A DNA stretch of 64,000 bases, from the NCBI GenBank assembly GCA_965212515.1, contig OZ243121.1:17620-81619 (forward strand), written 5' to 3'. A model generated the notes under the pieces. The model was not told where the DNA came from. It did not search any database and was given only the letters and a program-made list of their open reading frames with translations. Made by a program: the position numbers and the translations under genes. This DNA is from Sulfitobacter sp. Lineage in GTDB: Bacteria; Pseudomonadota; Alphaproteobacteria; Rhodobacterales; Rhodobacteraceae. Shown here one piece after another: positions 1-7,500 of the stretch (positions are counted from its first letter, which is position 1; the number at the start of each line of letters is the position of its first letter).

Positions 1-1549
1 GCAGGGCCGCCGCCAGCTCCGCGCGGCTGGCCTCATTGGCGAGCGTGCCGCTGACCCGGATCGGGCTGTCGGGGCCGTAGCCTGTGGTCTGGGGCGGATC
101 GACCTGGGTGAGGGGGCCGCAGTCGGCATACTGGTCCAGAAGGTCCGCCACCGCCGCCGGATCGAGGAAGAGCGGCAGGAGGGCAATCTGGGCCTCGCCG
201 CTCAGACCGCCAGGCCAGGCGCCGCCGTAACGCTCCATCAGGGCCGCCTGGAGCGTCGGGTCCCCGGTGCTGCCCACGATGCTGCCGCTGTTGTCGCGCA
301 TCTCCAGCTGCCAGCTGTCGAGCGGCGTCAGGTCCGCCAGGATGGCGAGCACTGTCGCTGGCCAGTCGGCGGTGATCTCGCCCGCGGCCAGGGTCACGTC
401 GGTGGTGCCGCCAAGCTCCGCCATGAGGGCGGCGAGATCGTTGCGCATCTCCTCGCCGGGCACATAGCCGGTGGCGGCGGCGGCGGCATTCTCGGGCTGG
501 GCGACGCGCAGCTCGTAGGGGCTCACTTCGGGCAGGCTCGGCCCGCCGATGAGCCCGCCGTACCAGGCCCCGGCCCCCAGGGCGACCAGCAGGAGGCCGG
601 CGAAGGCAGCGATCAGACCCCCGGCGCGGGAGCGCGGCGGCGACGCGGGGGCGGGCGGATCGTCGCGCTTCGGCGGCGGAGCGACGAGGATCGTGGCCTC
701 CATGTCCTCGGCCCCCTCGGGCGGGGCGCCGCTGTCGAGGAAGGAGAGCACCTCCTCCATGGACTGGAAGCGCGCCGCCGGGTCGGGCGCCGTCATCCTG
801 TCGATCAGGCTCTTCAGCGGCTCGGGCACCCCCTCCGTGTCGAGCGGCTGTCCCTTCTTCTGCAGCACCTCCATCGGGTTGGCCCCGGCATCGGGCTTCT
901 TACCGCGGAAGTTGGCCAGCAGGAGGGCGCCGAGGGAGTAGATGTCGGTCCGCTGGTCGGTCTTGCCGGAAAGCTGCTCGGGCGCTGCATAGGCGTACTT
1001 GCCGGCGAACTCGTTGCCGACGATGGTCTGGGCGCCGGGGTTGGTGTCCTTGGCGATGCCGAAGTCGATCACCACGGCCTGGGCCGGGTCGCCGTCGCGC
1101 AGGATGATGTTGTCGGGCGACAGATCGCGGTGGACGATGGAGCGGGCATGGGCCGCGCTCAGCCCGTCGGCGACGCGGCGGCAAATGGTCAGGAGGTCCT
1201 CCGCCGCCATCGGCCCCTCGCGCAGCTTGCGGTCCAGACCGGGGCCGTCGATGTAGTCCATCAGCAGATAGACCAGCCCCTCGGAGGTGCGGTGATTTTC
1301 CGAATAGCGCACGATGGCATCGTGCCGGACCTCGCGGATCTCCTCCTCGCGGGTGAGCAGGACGAGGTAGTCGTCATTGCCCGAGAACTCCGCCTTGAGC
1401 ACCTTGACCGCCACCTGCCGCCCGGAGATTTCGCTGCGCGCGCGGTAGACCTCGGAGGTGCCGCCGCGGCCCAGCAGGGCCTCGACGCGGTAGGTGTTGT
1501 TGAGAACGTCACCGGCCTGGAAGGCATCGCCGGGGCGGGGATCGGTCAT
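1..1549 (-). CDS. Hanks-type Ser/Thr protein kinase, membrane-anchored, 3' end truncated by window edge
   Basis: Minus-strand frame is open from ATG at 1549 to position 1. It has no stop in the window, so it is absent from the ORF track. My translation shows VAVKVL, HRDLSPDNIIL (nt ~1100-1135), VIDFGIAK and YAAPEQ. A Pro-rich linker, one TM-like segment (GLIAAFAGLLLVALGAGAW) and an extracytoplasmic region follow. Confidence 0.85.
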   Translation of the reverse strand, partial: MTDPRPGDAFQAGDVLNNTYRVEALLGRGGTSEVYRARSEISGRQVAVKVLKAEFSGNDDYLVLLTREEEIREVRHDAIVRYSENHRTSEGLVYLLMDYIDGPGLDRKLREGPMAAEDLLTICRRVADGLSAAHARSIVHRDLSPDNIILRDGDPAQAVVIDFGIAKDTNPGAQTIVGNEFAGKYAYAAPEQLSGKTDQRTDIYSLGALLLANFRGKKPDAGANPMEVLQKKGQPLDTEGVPEPLKSLIDRMTAPDPAARFQSMEEVLSFLDSGAPPEGAEDMEATILVAPPPKRDDPPAPASPPRSRAGGLIAAFAGLLLVALGAGAWYGGLIGGPSLPEVSPYELRVAQPENAAAAATGYVPGEEMRNDLAALMAELGGTTDVTLAAGEITADWPATVLAILADLTPLDSWQLEMRDNSGSIVGSTGDPTLQAALMERYGGAWPGGLSGEAQIALLPLFLDPAAVADLLDQYADCGPLTQVDPPQTTGYGPDSPIRVSGTLANEASRAELAAAL

Positions 1550-1593
1550 CCTGTCCCCCTCTCAGGGCAGAGGGCGGGCCGCGGCGGGGCGGC

Positions 1594-2157
1594 TCATCCC
1601 AGGGCCTGGAACTCGACCCGGCGGTTCTCGTCGCTGCGCGGATCGTCGGGGTTGAAGGGGGCGCTTTCGCCCAGCCCGATGGCCTCGAGCCGGGTCGCCT
1701 CGATCCCGCAGTTGCTGACCAGGTGGCGCTTCACCTCTTCCGCGCGCAGGAGCGAGAGGTTCTGGTTGTAGCTGGCCGAGCCCGAACTGTCGGTGTGGCC
1801 GATGATCTGGAAGACCGCCACGTCCACTGCCTTCATGGCCTCACAGAGGCTGGCGAGCTTGGGCTTCTCCTCCTCGCGCAGGGCGGCGCTGTCGAAGTCG
1901 AAGCTGATCTTGACGTTGACCTGGTCGGCCCGGTCCACGGCGGCGTAGCCCTGGGGCGCCGAGACGGCGGTGCCGGTGCTGGCCTGGGTGGCGGCGCTGC
2001 CGCTGCTGTCGGCGGGCACGATCACGAGACCGCGGGTCTTCTGCTTGTTGAAGGCATCCTTGATCTCGTCGGTGGACATCTCGCTCTGGGCCAGGGCCTG
2101 CTGCCCGGTCAGGCAGAGGGCGAGGGCGGCAAGCAGGTGAAGGGGCTTGAAGGGCAT
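1594..2157 (-). CDS. OmpA-family (OmpA_C-like peptidoglycan-binding) periplasmic protein
   Basis: Track ORF 1594..2331 trimmed to the ATG at 2157, which is preceded by AGGAG. Signal peptide LLAALALCLTGQQALA. C-terminal motif GHTDSSGSASYNQNLSLLRAEEVKRHL...NRRVEF. Lies 44 nt upstream of the kinase on the same strand. Confidence 0.85.
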   Translation of the reverse strand: MPFKPLHLLAALALCLTGQQALAQSEMSTDEIKDAFNKQKTRGLVIVPADSSGSAATQASTGTAVSAPQGYAAVDRADQVNVKISFDFDSAALREEEKPKLASLCEAMKAVDVAVFQIIGHTDSSGSASYNQNLSLLRAEEVKRHLVSNCGIEATRLEAIGLGESAPFNPDDPRSDENRRVEFQALG

Positions 2158-2330
2158 GGGATCTCCTTTCCGGAGCGGCGGCAAAGCAGAGAGATGGCAA
2201 AAGGCTATACGACGGCGCCCCATCGGACAACGATTTTGACGTAGGGGCAGGCGCTCCGCCATGTACAGGAGGGCGGCCTTGCGGCTAAGCTGCCCCTGGG
2301 GCACCCGCCCTGTCCAAGGTCCTGTTTGCA

Positions 2331-3197
2331 ATGCGGCTTCTACCGGCGATCATCCTCGCGGTTGCGATCCTCCTAGCGCCCGTTCTCTGGGTCGTCACGC
2401 CGCGGCTGCTGGGCCCCGGGGGCGGCGGCTTCGAGGGGCCGGCGATCGATTCCGGCGCCCGGATCGAGATCGAAATGCTGAGCCAGCAGGTGGAGGAACT
2501 GCGCGCCCAGATGCAGGCCATGCGGGAGGGGGTGGCGACCCTGGGCCAGGAGGTGGCGCGGCGGCCCACCGCCCAGATGCCCAGCACCGGCGGTGCCGTC
2601 GGCCAGGACGGGGCCGAGATCTTCAACAACAACGGCACCAACGACATCATCGACGCCTATGCCCAGGTTGTCCTGATCGCCGACAGGCGCAACGTGAACA
2701 AGGGGCTGGAGATCGCGGGGTCGCGCTACCTTGTCTCCCAGCTTGGCCGCCCGCGCGAGAACCTGACGGACCGCTGCGAGCCCATGACCAACGAGCGCCT
2801 GAAGGCCAAGCTGGTGACCGAGAAAGTCGGCCCGATCCGGGTGACCATGCTGAAGCCCGCCATCGACAGCCTGCGCCGGGTCTTCGAGAACGTCCGCATC
2901 ACCGACCCGGATCTCTATGCCCGGATCAACACGGCCGGCGCCCTCTGCGTGCGGCGCATCCGGGGCACCCTCAACAGCCTCTCCACCCATTCCTTCGGCC
3001 TGGCGGTGGATCTCAACATCGACGGGCGGCTCGATACCCTGGGCGACGGCAAGACCCAGCTTGGCCTGACCATCCTGGCGGATTTCTTCCGCGAGGAGGG
3101 CTGGGTCTGGGGCGCCTCCTGGCGGCGCGAGGACAGCATGCATTTCGAGATCAGCCGCAAGCAGCTCGACGCCTGGATTGCCGCCGGGGAGCTTTAG
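2331..3197 (+). CDS. M15-family zinc peptidase (VanY / D-Ala-D-Ala carboxypeptidase-like) with N-terminal membrane anchor
   Basis: N-terminal TM segment (LLPAIILAVAILLAPVLWVV), then a coiled/low-complexity linker. C-terminal motifs STHSFGLAVDL and GWVWGASWRREDSMHFE match the H..D...H metal site of M15 peptidases. Confidence 0.8.
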   Translation: MRLLPAIILAVAILLAPVLWVVTPRLLGPGGGGFEGPAIDSGARIEIEMLSQQVEELRAQMQAMREGVATLGQEVARRPTAQMPSTGGAVGQDGAEIFNNNGTNDIIDAYAQVVLIADRRNVNKGLEIAGSRYLVSQLGRPRENLTDRCEPMTNERLKAKLVTEKVGPIRVTMLKPAIDSLRRVFENVRITDPDLYARINTAGALCVRRIRGTLNSLSTHSFGLAVDLNIDGRLDTLGDGKTQLGLTILADFFREEGWVWGASWRREDSMHFEISRKQLDAWIAAGEL

Positions 3198-3271
3198 GCC
3201 GCGCGCCAAACCTTGTCCGCGGGGAAGGTTTGATATACATTGCTGTACGTGTATCCATCAAGGCGGGGGAG

Positions 3272-3502
3272 ATGATGCAGGTTTCCAAGTGGGGCAATTC
3301 CCTGGCCGTGCGGCTGCCCGCGGACCTGGTGCGCGAGCTGGGCCTGAAGGAGGGTGACCAGATCGAGCTGGTGCAGGGGCAGGGCGCGCTGGAGGTGCAG
3401 CGGCGGCCCCGGCCCGAAGAGGTTTTGGCGGGGCTGCGGCGCTTCCGGCGGCGCCTGCCCGCGGGCGCGCGGTTGAGCCGCGACGCCGCCCATGAGCGCT
3501 GA
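3272..3502 (+). CDS. vapB: AbrB/MazE/SpoVT-type antitoxin
   Basis: 76-aa product MMQVSKWGNSLAVRLPADLVRELGLKEGD (SpoVT/AbrB swapped-hairpin signature). It is the last part of the over-extended track ORF 2261..3502 and overlaps the PIN gene by 11 nt. Confidence 0.8.
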   Translation: MMQVSKWGNSLAVRLPADLVRELGLKEGDQIELVQGQGALEVQRRPRPEEVLAGLRRFRRRLPAGARLSRDAAHER

Positions 3503-3887
3503 GTTCGCCGACACCAACGTGCTTCTCTACCTGCTGGACGAGGGGCCCAAGGCCGACCGGGCGGAGGAGATCCTGGCCCGGAGGCCGCGCATTTCGGTCC
3601 AGGTGCTGAACGAATGTCTGGTCAACTGCCGCCGCAAGGCGGGCATGAGCTGGGCGGAGGCGGGCGACTTCCTGACCGGGATCGAGGCGCTCTGCCCGGT
3701 GGAGCCCCTGAGCCTGCGCACCCACCAGGTGGGCCGCGCCCTGGCCGAGCGGTATCAGCTGGCCGTCTATGACGCGATGGTCGTGGCGGCTGCGCTGATC
3801 GCGGGCTGTACCACCCTCTGGACGGAGGACATGCAGGCGGGCCTGCTGGTCGAGGGGCAGTTGCGGCTGGTCAATCCCTTCGCCTGA
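3492..3887 (+). CDS. vapC: PIN-domain toxin (VapC-type ribonuclease)
   Basis: 131 aa. N-terminal DTNVLLYLL acidic motif, later YDAMVVAAAL and LWTED acidic residues typical of the PIN fold. Classic overlap with the upstream antitoxin. Confidence 0.85.
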   Translation: MSAEFADTNVLLYLLDEGPKADRAEEILARRPRISVQVLNECLVNCRRKAGMSWAEAGDFLTGIEALCPVEPLSLRTHQVGRALAERYQLAVYDAMVVAAALIAGCTTLWTEDMQAGLLVEGQLRLVNPFA

Positions 3888-3892
3888 AGGGC

Positions 3893-4591
3893 TCAGGCGG
3901 CGTGGCGGCCCTCGCCGATGTAGAGCTTCTGCATGTCCACGAAGAGACCGTCGGTCAGGCTGGCACGCAGGGCGGCCCAGCCCTCGGGGTTCTCCTCCAC
4001 CTCGCGCAGCAGGGCGCGGTCCGCGGCGAAGCCGCCGAGGTCGGCCTCGCTGGCCGCCTCCAGCCAAAGAAACTCCAGGCTCTCCTCCGCCACGGCGACG
4101 CAGCGCAGCTCGATCCCGGGGCCGAAGGGCGCCTCGGGCAGGCGGCGCAGCAGATCGAGCTTCAGAAGCTCGATCACCACATCCTCCAGCCCCGCCTGCC
4201 GCAGGAGGATCTTCTCGCGCAGGGCGGGCCAACCAAAGGTGAGCCGCGGGGTCAGATCGGAGCCCACCTCCTGGGCGGCGGCGGTGGCCTGGGGGCCGTA
4301 GCTCTGGTCAAAGAGGGCGGCGGCGGCATCCTCCTGGGCGAGGTAGTCCTCCAGCGCCTGGGGCCCCTTCGCCGCGATCCAGAGGCCCAGCTCCATGTCG
4401 AGGTAGTTGAAGTCCGGCACCAGGCGGGTGGCGGCGCCGCAATTGGGGCAGTCCAGCGTCTGGAAGGAATTGTCGAGGATCTGGGCGCGCAGGTCCGGGC
4501 GGCGGTCGGCGTTGACGCTGCCGACGGCCTCGAACTCGGAGGGCGTGTCGCAGGCGGGGCAGGTGATCGAGATGGTCTTGAAAAGGGACAT
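3893..4591 (-). CDS. CpXC-domain zinc-ribbon protein with a ~170-aa helical C-terminal extension
   Basis: Two CPxC motifs (CPAC ... CPNC) with intervening SVNADRRPDLRAQILDNSFQ and following LVPDFNYLDMELGLWI, as in the CpXC family. The ATG at 4591 abuts the TAG (4592-4594) of the upstream giant gene, and the AGGAG RBS lies inside that gene's end. Confidence 0.7.
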   Translation of the reverse strand: MSLFKTISITCPACDTPSEFEAVGSVNADRRPDLRAQILDNSFQTLDCPNCGAATRLVPDFNYLDMELGLWIAAKGPQALEDYLAQEDAAAALFDQSYGPQATAAAQEVGSDLTPRLTFGWPALREKILLRQAGLEDVVIELLKLDLLRRLPEAPFGPGIELRCVAVAEESLEFLWLEAASEADLGGFAADRALLREVEENPEGWAALRASLTDGLFVDMQKLYIGEGRHAA

Positions 4592-7500
4592 CTAGGCTCC
4601 TTCCGGGGGTTCGAGGGTCGCGAATTCGGCCCGGTGGGGATGGCTGTCGTTCAGCCGGTCGGTGTGTAGCGCGGCGTAGAGCTCGGAGAACCATTCGCCG
4701 GGCGCGCGGAACTGGTAGCCGGAGACGCCCAGCTTGCGGGCGCTTGTCAGGTAGCGGTGCCAGTCGCGTTCGTAGCTTTCGACATAGGTGTAGTCGCCGA
4801 TGGCGCAGGCGGCGGCCACCCGGGCCGAACTCCAGGGTCGGTTCTTGGCGCGGGCGCGGTCCACGAACTGGCAGCAGGCCATGCGCCGCCTTTCCCACTC
4901 GTCGGCGTCGCAGCCGTCGGGATCGGGCACCGACAGGTCCGTGCCCTCCGCGGCCATCATGTACTCGGCGATGTAGCTCTTGTCGAAGTCGAACTCGCCC
5001 GCGATGGCATCGGCCACCTCGCCCACGGAGCGGCCATAGGCCTTCCAGCCCGCCAGGCGCGCGCCGTGCTTCTTCATGTAGCTCAGCTTGTCGTCCACCG
5101 CGTGGCCCACCTCGTGCAGGGTGTTCCAGCTGAAGTAGGTGCGCTCCTCGCCGGGCTTGGGCTGGGCCTCGGGGGCGATATCGCCGATCTCGTGCTCCAG
5201 CGCGATGCCGTAGATGATGCTCCGCTCCTCGTCGCCCTCGCGCATCAGGATCTTCTTCTCGCCCGGGCTATAGGCCGATCCGGTGGCCTTTCCGCGACCC
5301 GTCATGAAGGTCAGCATGCTGTCATTGTCGAGCGTGTCGGAGGCGGGCAGCTTGCTCATCTCGGCGTAGAAGCGGCGCAGGTTGGGGGCCGGGCGGTCCA
5401 GCTCGGTCTCGTCGCCGACGCTCTCGTTCGGCGCGATGACCTTGAGATCCAGCTTGCAGCCGAAGCGCGCCTCGAAGGCCACCGCGACGACGGCGCGCTG
5501 CACGTCGGGCTCCAGGCCGTTGACGATCCCGTCGAGCAGTTCGTCGCCGCCGGGGGCGTTGAGGATGTCCTTCACCTCGCGCGGGGTCGGCTTTTCGTTG
5601 TGCGCCAGCTTGAGCTTGAGCTTGGCCGCCTCGAGTTTCAGGCCGGCCTGCTTCACCTCGGTCGTTGCGCTGGCGTGGTCGTGGTCGGTGGCGCGGGTCT
5701 GGGCCGTGTCGAGGTGGCGGCGCGCCTCGGTCAGCTCCTCCTGCACGGCAAAGCGGTCGGCCTCCTTCTCCAGCTCCAGCAGGGTCGCCTCGACCGGGGT
5801 CCGGGCCGCCAGGTAGGCGGCATGGGCGTCAAGCACGCGGCGCAGGTCGCGCAGCTCGGCGATGGCGGTCTCGATGTCGGTCTGGGCCTGGCCGCGGTTG
5901 GCATCGCTGGCCCGGGCGGCCTGCATGGCCCCCTCCACCAGCTCCAGCCGGGCGGCGATCCCGGCCCGGGCGAAGGCGGCCTGGGGGTGACTGTCGCGCA
6001 GCCCCTGGCCCAGGGCGCGGGCCTGGTTGGCACTGTCGTTGAGCTGGTCGTACTGGCCGATGCGCAGGGCCAGGACCGGGCAGGCATCGACCACCGCCAC
6101 CACCTTGGCGCGGGCCGCGTCGAAGTCCTCCTCCGCCTCCTCGCGGGCGGCCTTGAGCTCGGCCCGGCGGGCCAGGATGTCGGGCATGACGTACATAGAG
6201 GAAGGGCGCCCCTGGATCTGGCCCAGGGTCGCGTCGGCAGCGGCGATGGCGGCCTTCAAATCATCCAGGTCGCCCTCGTCGATCTCCTTGATGGTGCCGA
6301 TGAGGTCGGCAAAGTTCTTCTGGGTGGCGAGTGTGCCGAGCGCCGTGCGGCAGCCATCTTCCAGCTCTTGGAAGAGGGCGATGGCGATCTCGAAGTCAAA
6401 GCCCTCGCCCTTGCGGGTGGCGTTGCGGTCCTTGCCCTCGAGCCGCGCCAGCAGCGGCTCGATCGCCGGGCCGCGCTTGCCCTGTACCTCGGTCAGGGCG
6501 GCCTGGGCGCGATCCCGGTGCAGCCGGTAGCGGGCGAAGAGGTTGAGCAACTTCTGGGCCGGTTCGATCTCCAGCAGGAAGCCGTCCAGCCGCCTCCGGG
6601 CGCCCTTGAAGTTGCCCAGCTTCTCCTGTTCGATGGCCTTGTCATAGCGCTCGCGCAGGGCCGTGACAGCTATATGCCCGGGGCCTGCGGCGGGGCTGCT
6701 TTGATCCTCCAGCTCCCGGAGTTTTTCTAGGCACTGCCGTTCCTCGGGCTTGTAGAGATCGAAGTCGGCGGCCTTGGCCTCGGCGGCGTTGAGCCGGTGA
6801 TGGACTGTCCAGTAGCTCGCCAATGCGGTGAAGAAGGCGCGGTCCGCGTAGAGCGCCTCGCATTCCCGCTTCAGCCGGTCAATCTCGGCCTCCTCGTCGG
6901 CTGTGGCCGGGTGGGGCAGCTTGTCGAACACCCAATCCACCGTCACCTCCTTCCGCTTGGCTTTGGCTCTTAGGTAGTGCTTATAGATCGTTCTGACCCC
7001 CTCCAGCAGGGCGGGCACACGGGCGGCCCCGGCCAGGGCCGAGGCCAGCTTGCCGGCCCTGCAGTCCTCGATCATCTTTTCCATGAGCTCTCGCAGGCGC
7101 TTGGCTTCTTCGGCCATTTCCGGATCGTGCTCGGGCTTTTCCAGTTCCTTGAGGAAGTTTTTGATTATGTCCCGCGCCGGTTTGATCTTCTCTCGCCAGG
7201 TCTTGAGGAGATCGAGCGCCGCCCGGTATCTCTTCTGCACCTCCGCCAGGGCGGTCAGCGCGCCCTCGAAATCCTTGCCATCCGCCAGGGCGACGGCGGC
7301 ATCGTAACGGGCTTCGATCGCGGCGAGATAGTCGTCGAAGCGGCCATCGTTCGCCCCCTCCGCTTCTGCCTTGAGGGCCTCCGCATTCTGGCGCTGGGTC
7401 TCGTAGCCGGCGGCGGCCAGGATCTGGAGCGCCACTGCCTTGCAGTCCGCCGTGGCCTCCTGAAGGGTGGCGCGCACGGCCTCGGCATCCGTCCCCACCT

